The notes: generated by a model not told the origin, from the letters alone. DNA of 64,000 nt from Phoronis australis (GCA_002633005.1 NMRA01000631.1:2256-66255); one strand, 5' to 3'; counted from the stretch's first letter, positions 37,580-50,704 are shown. Numbers and translations: made by a program.

Positions 37580-39163
37580 CATGATATAATAACTCGAGGA
37601 CTTCTGTTGTGGTTGTAAATGTTCCTGGTTTCGGCGTCGAACACACCTTTAAATTCTTATTTAATTTCGCCAAGTGTCGCTCCTCAGAGCTCTTTCATTT
37701 GTCTTGAATACTCGAAAATAAGTTAGAACATTTGCTAAAAAATAGTATATTTATTGTTATCTGTCTTCCCTTGGATCTTATGAGGTTTTTGGGGGGATGC
37801 TAATTTGTCGCTTCGTTGGAGCAATGCTGTGTCCTCTAAGATGTGTTTAGTTACATTTTCTCTCGACTCTGTTTTCGAGTACAAAACTTTGGATAGACAA
37901 TGTATACCACATTGAAATTCTGTGAGATGCTGGTGTAGTGGTCTAATTAGCCGTTTACTTGGTATTGGTTACCATCCTATTCAGAAATACAAGTAGGTAA
38001 AACAGCATATGGGGTATTAGCAATATGCTAACATGTTGAAAGTACTCAAGTTGTGGTTTGTAACAGTGACTATATGTCGGAGTAGGTTTGTCAACGTCTT
38101 TCTTACTGATTTCTTTAAAAGTACGTATTCACTCCTCCGGTGATTATTTTCTATAATTGTAATATTTTTNACTCGGTTTCGTAATCATAGATTTAACATA
38201 ATACATAAAAACATTTCTGATACTGTAGGTAATCATTTCAATTCCAAAAACCATAATATTCAAGATCTTTCTGTACAAATAATAGAAAAACTCCAACACC
38301 CCAGTACCCCTCACAGACTTAAAAGAGAACAATATTGGATAGACAAACTGAATACAATAGAACCTCATGGATTGAACATAAAAACTTAAAATATGTCATT
38401 GAATTTTTTACGCAAAAATGTATCATTTTCATTACACCATATCTTATATGTCAATTGTCATTTCGTGTTTGATTTTACTTTATTTCTGTTTTTGTTGATA
38501 AAGGAAGTTGTTACCTCCGAAAATTTCAAATTTCAGTTGATCCATTCTTGTTGTTTTATTTACCGATTTATATTCTTCATGATATAATAACTTGAGGACT
38601 GCTGTTGTGGTTGTAAATGTTCCTGGTTTCGGCGTCGAACACACCTTTAAATTCTTATTCAATTTCGCCAAGTGTGGCTCCTCAGAGCTCTTTCATTTGT
38701 CTTGAATACTCGAAAATAAGTTAGAACATTTGCTAAAAAAATAGTATATTTATTGTTATCTGTCTTCCCTTGGATCTTATGAGGTTTTTGTTGCTAATTT
38801 GTCGCTTCGTTGGAGCAATGCTGTGTCCTCTAAGATGTGTTTAGTTACATTTTCTCTCGACTCTGTTTTCGAGTACAAAACTTTGGATAGACAATGTATA
38901 CCACACTGAAATTCTGTGAGATGCTGGTGTAGTGGTCTAATTAGCCGTTTACTTGGTATTGGTTACCATCCTATTCAGAAATACAAGTAGGTAAAACAGC
39001 ATATGGGGTATTAGCAATATGCTAACATGTTGAAAGTACTCAAGTTGTGGTTTGTAACAGTGACTATATGTCGGAGTAGGTTTGTCAACGTCTTTCTTAC
39101 TGATTTCTTTAAAAGTACGTATTCACTCCTCCGGTGATTATTTTCTATAATTGTAATATTTTT
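37580..39163 (+). repeat. ~590-bp near-identical direct duplication (37580-38169 and 38578-39163)
   Basis: Collinear from CATGATATAATAACT to ATAATTGTAATATTTTT. The first copy ends at the N at 38170. Confidence 0.9.
38171..38577 (+). mobile_element. Penelope-like element 3' end (GIY-YIG endonuclease C-terminus plus 3' UTR)
   Basis: TRFRNHRFNI...VGNHFNSKNHNIQDLSVQIIE...RLKREQYWIDKLNTIEPHGLNIKT* (38171-38389). Confidence 0.9.
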
Positions 39164-40172
39164 TGTTTTACGGAAAGGAGGAGTGTTGTCTCGTCCTCTA
39201 ATGTCGTATAGTGTATGTCCACGTTTGTCTGTTAATTTCTGTAAGTGGACCCTATACAACTAGTCTTAGGTTAATCACGTGACTAGGGGATCGGGGTTGT
39301 GGGTGTCCAGCTGAACGCCACGTCCCCGCTTATGAAAAACGTTTGACTGTGTCTCTTCGAAAGAAAGCACATTTGGAAATGAGCCAAGGTAAGACCATTC
39401 AAAAACCCGCACATCACAGTTACACCACTTTCATTTGGCATTGCAATGACAAATGAAAACGAATCTCAATAACGATAAGAAAACTCGAAATTTTCAATTT
39501 CATAGAGTCTGAGTGAAACAACATTTTAATAAGTCTCTTTGCCCAACCTTTTTTTGCCCAGGTCCAACTAAATGGACAGCCATTGGGAGGTATCAGACCT
39601 CGTCACTCCCCCAGATGTTGTGCCTCTGAGGATGTCCAGATGAATACGGCAATCATGCCGCAAACGTATCTCCTAGCTCTAGAGAGGGAACATGTAAAAA
39701 GAAGATGTAGTAACCCGCATTCGATATAAATTCATAACAAACATGCATCTAAAGCGCGGCTAAAGGCGATTCGTTGCTGGTCGCAGAGGGACTTGTGCTG
39801 CGTCGTGTGGGTTTAGCATAGGCTGCAACTACAGCATTGACAACGTCAAACTTGATGACCGGCTGTCCAGAGCATTGAACATAGTTGAACGAGGTACCGG
39901 TACCAACATCTGACCAAATGGAGTGACTGCCAGTGTCTGCACTGTGGGTGGGAATCCATGCCCGGTTGCATGAAACTGTCCCTNCCGAGAGGTTAGTACC
40001 TAACGTGCAGACGAGCACTCCAAATTGGAACGCTAAGTCCCGCGTGGTTGCGCTGCACGCGAAACAAGATGGCGAACGACCTTTGGAGCCTGACGACGAT
40101 AGGTATCCGGACAAGGACTCAACTTTTGGGGTTTCCAAACGTTAGTCCCTAAGTTGAATCTCTAGCAATAAA

Positions 40173-40383
40173 ATGGCTGATCAAGCTTATATTGCTCTTG
40201 AAAAAAGAATTTTCCGTGACAGAACTAATCCACTCGAGACGTTTAGAGACGACAGTGAGCTAAACGAAAGATTTAGTGGCCTAATTTAGATTTTCAAGGG
40301 CTGGGAAATTCATGCTAGTTAGAGAACTTGAAAAGAAGCTGGAGTTGTCGAACAGGAAAGGCGTGATCTCACCCACTGTACAG
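40173..40383 (+). mobile_element. PIF/Harbinger (HARBI1-like) transposase first exon, disrupted
   Basis: MADQAYIALEKRIFRDRTNPLETFRDDSELNERF[13-bp insertion]RFSR...LELSNRKGVISPTVQ|GTTAGT. Confidence 0.8.
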
Positions 40384-41004
40384 GTTAGTAGTTCCATCGT
40401 AAACTGAATTTATCTATTACTAGTGTAATGCCACGACTTACCCCACTTTATTTCTCGAGCAGACGACTTAACAGCGCAGTGGAAAGTGCGGCGCCACCGA
40501 CCGGAGATTCTGGTATTCTCACTTGTTCTCACCCAATGAGATAAATATAACTGGAGTTGAAGTCACGTGGTTTTTGTTGCGGAGTGGTCCGCCATCTTGC
40601 TGATGAACCATGTTAGTGGAGATACGTGTGTACAGTGTAGTATCGAGAAACCAATATTGATAACAACGCGAGATTTCAAGTAAAACTCATAGCTTTTATG
40701 TTAGGATCATCAACTGCAAACTAGGATTTTTGAAAATCATCCAAGAAAATCATTGCGTACTTGAGCTCAGAATTAAAGGGTCCTTAGTTATAGCAGAAAA
40801 AAAATATAAAGTTTGATTTCTTGTATGAAGATTAGACACAGAATCAATGATATATTTTTTTGGTTTTTCGAGGTTTAAAAATTTAAATTTAAATAAAATG
40901 ATTTTGTGGGTGAGAATCCCATCGCAGAAACAATATTGTTCAACTTAATTTGGTCCCTGAAGTCGATGTTTAATGGTCATTTACTTACTTTCCTTCTTAG
41001 TCGG

Positions 41005-41268
41005 CATGCGCGCACCCAGCCTAAAATATAGGGGGGCTCGAATTTTTCGGTATGCGGACCTTTTCTGAAAAATATCAACGAGGACTAAAAAAAAAACAGA
41101 AAACGGGGCCACTAGATTCAGGCCTACGAGTGTGCATCGGCGCCGAATTCCTGTGGACTTTTGTCTCGTTTACTCGGACTTTTTGTTTCACTGAGGCGGA
41201 CCTTTTTTGCCCAACTCGACAAATCTGGGGGCTCGTTCGAGTCCCCAACCCCCCTGGCTGCGCCCATG
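41005..41268. mobile_element. MITE with CATG termini
   Basis: TIRs CATGCGCGCACCCAG / CTGGCTGCGCCCATG; flanks GTCGG / GTCCG (5-bp TSD with one mismatch). Confidence 0.75.
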
Positions 41269-42265
41269 GTCCGATATATCTTGAAGGGTTTAGTGATGAC
41301 CAAGATATCTGACGTTTTCTAGCAACGAAGAAACACAAAAAGTAATTACAAGATTAATAGTTATGCATTTTTACAGAGTGGACAACAATTCAAAGATTTT
41401 TTAATATAACCAGGTTACTAAGAATAGAACAGGATCGAAGGAAGGGATACCCCAAGAATGCTATACCCCACAATGTTATATTGAGATATTAGACAAATGT
41501 TCTGTAGCCTGGCAAGTTATTAAAATCCGCAACTGTCCTACTTGAGGAAAACCATCATTTTTGTATTCTGTCCTGTTTATGGTTTTCTGATACTTACAGT
41601 GTATTAATGCCTGGGTATGTATAATTATTTTGTGGTGGGGTGTTGGCAGTATAAATGTACTTGTAATATAACTGTGTGCCAGTAAATGTCGGATTCAACT
41701 GATTTGAGGGATTAACTTAGTGTTGGTTGAAATCTGACTTTTGCAGAAGTGCAGTGCATGTATGGTACCAGTACGGTACAGTAACTGTGTACCTGCTAAA
41801 CATTTCCCTTTAACTGTCACGGTTTGACTTTACTGCTTGATGGTGATACTTTGAAATAAATCAAAGCTTTATTGTTTGAAATGGTTACAGTATCTCAGTG
41901 TGTTGTCATGTTTCTGTGTGAATTTTTTTATTGTCCATCTCTTTCTGGATGGCCAATAATATGGTAGTTTGCTTGTTATTGACAGAAAAAAAACGGCGAT
42001 TCACCACATCATGGTCGCATAAAAGGGGTACATTGAGTGGTGTAAAATTAATAATGGTAAAAATTAATAATGCGAACGCGTTCTTAAAAGTCTAGTTCCG
42101 CGGCGTGTCAAGCTATTTACAGCAGAGTCTATAACACAACATTTTAACTGTGAGACCATGTCGTTTCAAACTGTACAAATTACCAGTTCACCACCGTAAG
42201 ATGAATAAGGTACTAGGACAAGTAATACCAGGAAGTGGTTATCTCTTCCTGATAATACTAGATGT

Positions 42266-44334
42266 AACTAGAAAGATTATTGTCACGGCGTGACAATAAC
42301 GGACTCTGCGCGTGCGTATTACTGGAATTATTATGGGAAGTTACTGACAGCAACCCGTTTACCAATATGAAAAGGAATTCTTTAAAATTGTAGAAGAAAT
42401 TACATATTAATTTTTTGATGACCTTTCGACTAATTGACCTCTTCCGGTGCATTATGAGCCCCGATGAGGGAGTAATTGTTAACTCGATTAAAAGTGTGGT
42501 TAATGCTAATAATCACAGATGTTTTACTTCAAGCACTTCAGAATACAAGATGAATGAAGTGGTCAAACTTTCAGAAGAAAAATGCACCTAATGACCCCAT
42601 GGGTGCACCAAATGACCTGAAAATTTAGAATTCAAACTCAATCGCACTTAGTAAACAGATACGTAATTCTGAAGTCTCTAGCTCAAAATTTTAGTTTGCA
42701 CTCAATGACCTTTGACCTATTTTTTCTGATTAGTTTGGCCTATTGCAAAGTAAAGTAAGGTATTCAATTGACATGTTGACTTACACCAGTGTGCTCAAAT
42801 TGAAAAGAATTCCTTGAAAAACGTAAGACATATAACATTTTGAACGTTACATGACCTTTGCACTAATTGACCTTATCCGGTGCATTTTAAGCATCTTTAG
42901 GAGAATTATTGCAAAGCCCATGGAAAATGTGTTTAACGCTGAGAATCACAGTTGTCTAACTGTTGACACATCAGAATACTTTCTGATTAAAAAGGTCAAA
43001 TTTTCAGAAGAAAAATGCACCTAAGGACCCCATGTTTGCACTAAATGACCTGAAACTTTGGATTCCGATTTGATTTACCTGTGGCAATCAGACCTGTCAA
43101 TTTGAAGTGTCTAGCTCAAAATTTTAGTTTGCACCTAATGACCTTTGACCTATTTCACCTGATTGGATGACCCGATTACTTAGAAAAGTAATTTTTAAAT
43201 TGTCATGTTGACTTATACCTGTGCACCGAATTTGAAAAAGATAGCTTTAAAACTGAAGGAGGAGTAGCATTTTGAAAATTATATGACCTTTGAACCAAAC
43301 GACCCCTTCCGGTGCATTATGGAAAATAAATATATAATGAATCGAAATTCATATACTGCATAACGTCATATTTTAAATTTGAAGAACATACCTGCAACCA
43401 TTTTGGAATTATTAAGCGCCAAAGTTGGTCGGAAGAAGAATAAGAATTAGAACTAGAAAGATTATTGTAACGGCGTGACAGTAATGGACTCTGCGCGGGC
43501 GTATTACTGGGATATTTATGGGAAGTTATTTATAGTAACCCGTTTACCAATATGAGAAGGAATTATTAAAAATTGTAGGAGAAATTACGTCTTAATATTT
43601 TGATGACCTTTCCACTAATTGACCTCTTCCGGTGCATTATGAGCCCCGATGAGGACAAAATTCTAAACTTAACTAGAAAGATTATTGTCACGGCGTGACA
43701 ATAACGGACTCTACGCGTGCGTATTACTGGAATTATGGAAAGTTACTAAAAGCAACCCATTTACCAATATGAAAAGGAATTCTTTAAAATTGTAGGAGAA
43801 ATTTCACATTAATTTTTGATGACCTTTCCACTAATTAACCTCTTCCGGTGCATTATGAGCCCCGATGACGGAGTAATTGCTAACTCGATTAAAAGTGTGG
43901 TTAATGCTAAAAATCACAGATGTTGTACTTTAAGCACTTCAGAATACAAGATGAATGAATTGGTCAAACTTTCAGAAGAAAAATGCACCTAATGACCCCA
44001 TGGGTGCACCAAATGACCTGAAATTTAGAATTCAAATTCAATCGCACTTAGTAAACAGATATGTAATTTTGAAGTCTCTAGCTCAAAATTTTAGTTTGCA
44101 CTCAATGACCTTTGAAATATTTTTTCTGATGGGTTAGGCCTATTGCCAAGTAAAGTAGGGTATTCAATTGGCATGTTGACTTACCCAAGTGTGCTGAAAT
44201 TGAAAAGAATTCCTTGAAAAACGTAAGAGACATAACATTTTTAACGTTACATGACCTTTGCACTAATTGACCCTTTCCGGTGCATTATAAGCATCTTTAG
44301 GAGAATTAATCTAAAGCCCATGAAAAATGTGTTT
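42266..44334 (+). repeat. Head-to-tail array of a non-coding TGACCT-rich element (Helentron-associated/HINE-like)
   Basis: Units start AACTAGAAAGATTATTGT(C/A)ACGGCGTGACA at 42266, 43451 and 43671, with internal subrepeats. The full unit ends GGAAGAAGAATAAGAATTAG. Confidence 0.8.
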
Positions 44335-44335
44335 A

Positions 44336-44861
44336 AGAAGTTGGTAGTTGCATCAAGTTAGGTCATTCATTGTAAGCCGTCTTAAGAAGTTGGTAGTTGT
44401 ATCAAGTTAGGTCATCCAATATGAAATGACTGGTGCCTTTGAGATTTCTTTTCTTCTCCATGACCCTCTGTTTAGTTTGGAATGATAAGAATTTCACAAT
44501 TATTGGCCTTGGCTTAAGGTTGGATGACAGTCTTGTGGTTCTAGGTGGGGGTCTTCCAATACGGTGGGCTCTATGAATCAGCGATGGCTCAATCTTGATG
44601 TTTAATGATTTCTCTACAAAGCTTGTAACCACTTCCAAGCTGTTCTCTGTGTCGTCTTCTTTCACTCCATATATTCTTCTGCTGTTTCTTCGTGAATGTT
44701 GTTCTAGTTTATTAATCTCTTCCTTGAGCACTTCATTTTCTTTTTTGATCTTTGCCAATTCTGTGTTGAGCCCCGGCATTTCTTGTTTAATTATTTGCTG
44801 AACATACTTGATAATTTTCCTCCATTCTCGCTAGGCGTTCTTGCATTTCTTTTGCATCCAT
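44336..44861 (-). mobile_element. LINE ORF1 (coiled-coil plus RRM, Transposase_22-like), disrupted
   Basis: KLEQHSRRNSRRIYGVKE...IHRAHRIG...PRPIIVKF...FILDDLT. Upstream ATG at 44861 is frameshifted; short local duplication at 44333-44415. Confidence 0.85.
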
Positions 44862-45394
44862 TTTCAAAACTTTAAATCTCTATAGCGTGGTCTATTTAGT
44901 ATTCAAGTGTTGACAACAGTCCTTTCAAACTTAAAACATGGCCCCCTGTTGTCGACCACATTGTTTCTGTCTGTCACAGGCTACTTGTTGAGCCCTTAGC
45001 GTCGAGCAATTGGTCATTTTTTAAAAATCTGTTTGGGCCGGTACCTTCAGTGAATATCTGGTCCAGCTCAAATATACAACGCCATGATTCGGTGGTGAGA
45101 TTTGTTGTGATGGGTCAAACCCATATGATATTTTGTCTGTCATAGGTCGTTAATTTGATAATCAGTCATATGTACTGAGTTAATATTAAATTTTTGGTGT
45201 TTGAGCTACCTCAATTTTTGGAAATTGTTTGGGGGGTTTCTGGTGAGCCTTCTATAAAGTGCAACATTTCCATCACAGTTCATTCGGTGCATCACTGTGA
45301 CACTATTGTTCAATTTAAAACAGTTTGGCCACTCCCTCAACTATCTAATCTACCTCAAATTTTAGTCAAGAGGCCGGGTCAAACCCAGAGCCAA

Positions 45395-45560
45395 CACGCA
45401 TACACGCACGCACACACACTATACACGCGCACACACGCACACACACACACACACACGCACGCACACGTACACACGCTACATAAGCACACACACGCACTCA
45501 CACGTGCGCACACTGGACTACACACGCACTACACACGCGCACACACTACACACACCACTT
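45395..45560. repeat. Degenerate (CA)n/(CACG)n microsatellite
   Basis: Seen directly. Confidence 0.95.
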
Positions 45561-47878
45561 ACGCGAAGACCTGTCAACATGAGAAAACAAAAGAGTCATA
45601 GAGGACCATCATATTTCATATTTCCAATCTCCGAAATATAGGTATTTTTCCATTTGCATATACTTGAACAGATCCTTCTTGAACATTTCGACTGAGGGAG
45701 AAGCAGGGGGGGGCTCGGGGGGGCCAAAAGCGTCAGCCTCAGAGAAACCAAAACTCCGAAAGCATGTGGAAAGCGAGACAAAGGTCCACTAAAAAGGCAG
45801 AAACTATCAAAATTCGACTAATGCATAATTCATAGCTCTGAACGTACCCCGCGAATCTTAGTGAAAGGACCACATTCTAAAAAATTCGAGACCCCCATTT
45901 TGTGGGCTGGGCGCGCGCGCATGTAGATGTGATATTTTCCCAGACAGATGAGTAGTTGGTTGAGGGGTTTGCCAAAGAAAACATTTGTAGGCCAGAGAAT
46001 AATTAACTAAAGACTGCGTTTTGGCAGAATGACCCCTGAACAGACCCGAAATCATTGGTCGCATTACAATTCCAATAAAGATAGGTAATATTTTTGGCTC
46101 TTTTTTACAAAATGTACAGAGATTTGATTGCTTGATGCCAATCTTGGCAAGTTTGAAGGAAACTAATTATCTGTAACAACTCCTGTCACAATTTAAGGGA
46201 ACAGGCAGCCTTTACATGTACACCGGCCTCTCTTTACCATGAAGGCACATCAATAAAGGTGACCTGCGATTTCCACTTTAGCTCATGGGCTGTTATTTTT
46301 TGGAAAAGCACTGCATTCTGATAATTTAAACGGTGGTGCGTACAAGTCAAGTCGCCTCCTTGTGTAACACAAGCAAATTGCACCTCGGGAGAGAGGTTGG
46401 GACATATCAACAGTACTCGCTGGTTCCGTACTATACGTGCCAACTGATACGCCGTGACAACATGTGTAGACTCTTGTCTCAAATTAACACTAAACAAGGT
46501 AGCTGCTTAATTAGCGGGCCCAGTTACTTCGGGCCAATATAATTAGCGTGTTACAACGAAGGCATGAAAAGAAGCGCACTCCATGAAAAAACTACAGAGG
46601 CTAAGGTAGCAGTTACGCAGAATTTTGCTCTTTTTGGCTAAAGACAAAAATCGAATAAGGCTTGTTACTTAAAATCGGTCTCATAATATTACCGGACAAG
46701 ATACCATCAACTTCGGAACCGATCAGCGACGCAACGACAATTTAGTGGGGGTTTGCTACGCGTTGCCATTGCCTGCGCACTTATGCTGCCTTCTCATTTG
46801 CCAATGATTCAAGATTATGTGAGCCTGGTAACGCTTTTTAACACTAAAGGTAAACGCGGGAAATACGCGGTACTTTTTAGAATCACTGAACACCAATGAC
46901 ATCTGTCGAACGCCGCGTTTTTGCCTGACCGCATCGATGTTATCACCTTACAGTCAATCATATATGGCGAAAATGGTAACCATTAACGGCAAGAAAACAT
47001 TTCCAAAAACACGGCGGGCCTGAGGTCTCATCCTGGCTTGTTCTCGAAATTAATTATCACATTTTCCGTTCAGCTTTTGTGTGAATTCAAGATAAGTATC
47101 TAATCTTGTGTGCTTGAATGTATTATGGTTAGCTTGAATGTCTATTTAATTCAAATTGTACCTGATGACCTCAGCATTAAAGCGATAGGTTCTAGTATGA
47201 ACTCAAAATCTTGAGTTTTTGCTCAAGTGCGAACGACTAGATACGCGTAGGTAACCTTATATAGTCGAGCACATAACAATAGACATTTATCATGAGTTAG
47301 TACTGAGGTAGATAGAATAAAATGTCATTAATAATACCATCAGTTCTTTATCGATGGATTTTATTCAAATGTCCTCAGCAGAATGCTTGATAAACCCTAA
47401 CTAATAAAAACAAAGCTATTATTCACCTATATCTGTGTCTCACTCTGTCTATATCTATATTTATATCAAAATTTATATCTATATCTATTATTCACCCATA
47501 TCTATGTCTCTGTCGATTTTCCATTCATATATTGGACTACCTGCATATATATATATCATTTATATCAAGGGATAATATCCTTTGTATCGTTTGAACAAAG
47601 GCCAGTGATCAGAAATACCATGTTATAACAAAAGCAAATGATTTTCTTGAATTCGGCCTCCTTTTCTCATTGTGATAGAATTTAATAATTTGTCCGTAAA
47701 AAAGATTAATGAAAACAGTAACACGGAAATTTTTATATTGATAAATATTTATATTTACTGACAAAAATAAATGACAAAACAATTATAATAAATGATGATA
47801 AATAAATGAAAGTTAAAACAACAAATTCGTGACACTGTTGTCTGTTTGTCCGTTGCTATGATAGTCTCCCATTTGGTC

Positions 47879-48191
47879 CTACACTGGGAGAACATTGATG
47901 CAAACCTTGGCACTGTCGCCCTGATCATAAAAATTGCTTGGTACATTGGTGGTCTCTTGGTGATCGTGTATTTCATCCTTCGGTTCTTCTGTCGAGTCTA
48001 ACTTTTTGAAGAAGTCACCAGTTTCAGTTGCTTTGTCCAGTCGAATTACGTTATCGGATTGCATTTCCTTATTTTCGAAGAGTTCTGCCCTCTGACCGGC
48101 TGGTGACGAGCAACTTGTGCTCCGATTATTTGCACTTAGACCTACACTTAGCTGCTCCTTTGTTGACAATCCGTGGTTTGACGTGCCAAAA
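47879..48191 (-). CDS. Uncharacterised coiled-coil protein, probable last exon
   Basis: Acceptor CATTGATTTCAG, then open frame FGTSNHGLSTKEQ...KVCINVLPV*. The link to upstream exons through 48340-48674 is not resolved. Confidence 0.55.
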
Positions 48192-48915
48192 CTGAAATCA
48201 ATGAGCAACTTTTAAAAAGTAATGTTTTAGTGTTTCACGTTGGGAAATTGCTACGTGCAAAACTTTCTTCTGACAAGACAATGGTTGTTAGGCACGTGCC
48301 CAATTTAGTTTCAGCGTTATTAGGTAACAAAATTATATTTACTAGTTGCGGCGGTCGAACACTTGGTGCTGACCGGGTGAATGTGCGAAAATGTGAGAAC
48401 CAGGGGCCAAACTTGGTGGCAACTGGGGTAAATGGTACTGAGAAATTTGTGACGATCACGCGGCTGGAAATGATGGCGACTGGGAGAGGCAGAAATTGAC
48501 GGAATCGGCTTACGTTCCTAAGAACCCGCTACCCATGTACGTAACATAAGCGAGTGGCCATGTGAATTATTAGACAGCACTGAAAATAGACAACTACCAT
48601 TTCCGACACTGTAGGCTTTATCGTTGACTTCAGTGGAGAGCGGTGCTAATCGCGTAGACACTTTTCTGGGAGATCTGTTTCACCAAGACAGGAAGAGTTT
48701 ATGGAAATTACTTCCGTAATTAACAGTCACGTATTTATTGACAGAGACTTTGCGCTATTTTTATTAAAGTGAGATTTCATTAGTTCTCAGAAATAGTTGT
48801 GTGGAGCCTAAGATCGACCTTTTGTCATAAAACCACGTGACTTATTATAAAACTGAGCCCTAATTGCAAGAGCCCACGGGAGGCCAATCACAAAGATAAT
48901 CCTAAGACTGCTTAC

Positions 48916-48959
48916 CCTGGACCTCCATTTTCCTTGTATTGTGCATAGGTATTCGTCAT
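48916..48959 (-). CDS. Uncharacterised coiled-coil protein, exon 6
   Basis: TTTAAG|MTNTYAQYKENGGP(G)|GTAAGC, phase 0->2. Confidence 0.6.
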
Positions 48960-49544
48960 CTTAAATTAAATAAACATCGCGGTCAACGCTTCACTCAAAA
49001 AGAATAACATTTCAAATTTACTGTTACTTTATAGGCCTACATGTACATAGGAAAACCATCATATTCCAGTCAGTGGAGGCGGTGCTGGAAAAGGTTATCA
49101 AAATATCCTCCAACATGTATCAAAGCGTATGATTTATTTATGGAACGGACTTAGATTTTTCAGCAAACGTTTGAAAATTGAAGAACATAACATAGAGCAT
49201 AACCATAACTAAGATATTTTAATATTAAAATGTTTCACCATATATTGCAGCAGCCGTCCAAATACACATTGTCAAGTATTTTATGGGGATAACCAGGTAT
49301 GGGTCCTGAGCTCTTAAATAAAAGCATTCCCGTAAACTAAAGGATGCGTCATATTTAATGTGTGAAGATATACATTGGCTTTTAAGCCAAGAATATTTTC
49401 TCTTTTCGGTAATCTCAGGATAGTTTGGTATGCTTTTTTCATTGAAAAACGTCAAAACAAAGCAAAAATTGTGGGTCAATGATCAATTGAAGCTAAGGAA
49501 TGTTATTAGACTTCTCGACACTACATCTAGGTTCTACAGCTTAC

Positions 49545-49718
49545 CTGTAAATATTGGTCGTTCATGATGGATAGCTCATTTTCCAACTCTTTGATTTGAT
49601 TTTGAGCTCTCTTAAACTGCGCGTGCGCATTTGATCTTTGGTCCACTTGTTTCATCGTGATGTTCTCTCTTTTGATTGGCAACAATTTATTGAAACGTTC
49701 CCTGTAATACTTTTCTTT
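49545..49718 (-). CDS. Uncharacterised coiled-coil protein, exon 5
   Basis: TTTTGTTGCAG|KEKYYRERF...QIKELENELSIMNDQYLQ|GTAAGC, 174 nt, phase 0->0. Confidence 0.75.
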
Positions 49719-49828
49719 CTGCAACAAAACGGCTCGCATTAATTGCATGACAAAATGCCATGACGTTCAATTTCTACGCTTTGGAATAATATTGATTTTA
49801 TGTATTTTTGGGGTTATTTCAAAATTAC

Positions 49829-49901
49829 CTCCACGAGAGCTTTTAATTCTTGTTCTTTCGTTGCAATATTTTGCTGTGCTGTCGTCAGTTCAGAAATAGT
49901 C
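49829..49901 (-). CDS. Uncharacterised coiled-coil protein, exon 4
   Basis: TTTTTACAG|(R)TISELTTAQQNIATKEQELKALVE|GTAATT, phase 2->0. Confidence 0.75.
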
Positions 49902-50237
49902 CTGTAAAAAGAGCACGGTTAAGAGGGTAACATCAAGTATTGTACTCGATTGACATACTAGTTTTTTCACCTTTACTGTTTCGATTTCACTAACAATTTT
50001 TATCAGGAGAAGCAAATATATTGAGTCAGGCGCTGCCTATGAAAATACACAACTGAAACTTACTAAGCTGCAGTGAATTAAAGAGTTATGTTACCGCTCG
50101 TGAACATCAAGTGCTGTTGACAAGCACTGAAGTATTCTCAATTGCGTGTCTTATATTTAGTCTAACCTCTGTGTTACTAATTCAACCCTATAATCTATAA
50201 TGCTGCAGCCGCTAGGCGCGCCACTTATCCAACTTAC

Positions 50238-50364
50238 CGTTTAATCTCTCTAATAGCTTCCATAGACTCAGAGATCTCGCAATCGAAGTAATTCTGTACA
50301 CTCTCAAGACTCGACAGCAAGTCTTTTAAATTTTCCGTCGACTGTGGCGAGATTTTGTTGTAAC
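50238..50364 (-). CDS. Uncharacterised coiled-coil protein, exon 3
   Basis: CTTTAG|(R)YNKISPQSTENLKDLLSSLESVQNYFDCEISESMEAIREIK|GTAAGT, phase 1->2. Confidence 0.75.
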
Positions 50365-50618
50365 CTAAAGCATGAGGAATTGGTAAGAATTATGATGATC
50401 TTTCAAAAACCTTTATCAAAAGAGGCAGTTATTAAACACCATGAAAGAGCAAAGAAAGTGTTTAATCGAAACACACCTAATTCCAAACAGTTTTCTGAGG
50501 TCCGCATTTTATCATTGTCTCTTTAGTAAAAGACATGATCCCACGAATTTGATATTATATGATATCTGTGACAACAAAGAGTTGAAATTGTTTGTTATTA
50601 AAATTGACATATGCTTAC

Positions 50619-50704
50619 GTTTAATCATTTTGTTAACGTCTTTAATCTCAGATCCATTTCGTTTCAAAGACTTTTTCAAAGTCTTTACCACCGCCTTCTT
50701 TGTC
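50619..50704 (-). CDS. Uncharacterised coiled-coil protein, exon 2
   Basis: TTCCCTTTGCAG|(R)TKKAVVKTLKKSLKRNGSEIKDVNKMIK|GTAAGC, phase 2->1. Confidence 0.75.

Noticed and set aside
37580-39163. LTR pair or Penelope pseudo-LTRs
   Set aside because: No TG..CA ends, PBS or PPT. The first copy ends at an N, so a haplotype overlap is at least as likely.
45194-45601. His/Thr-rich 135-aa ORF
   Set aside because: Translation of a CA microsatellite.
46217-46555. Solo LTR (TG...CA ends; similar case at 26214-26527)
   Set aside because: No matching TSD and no second copy in the window, so it cannot be supported.
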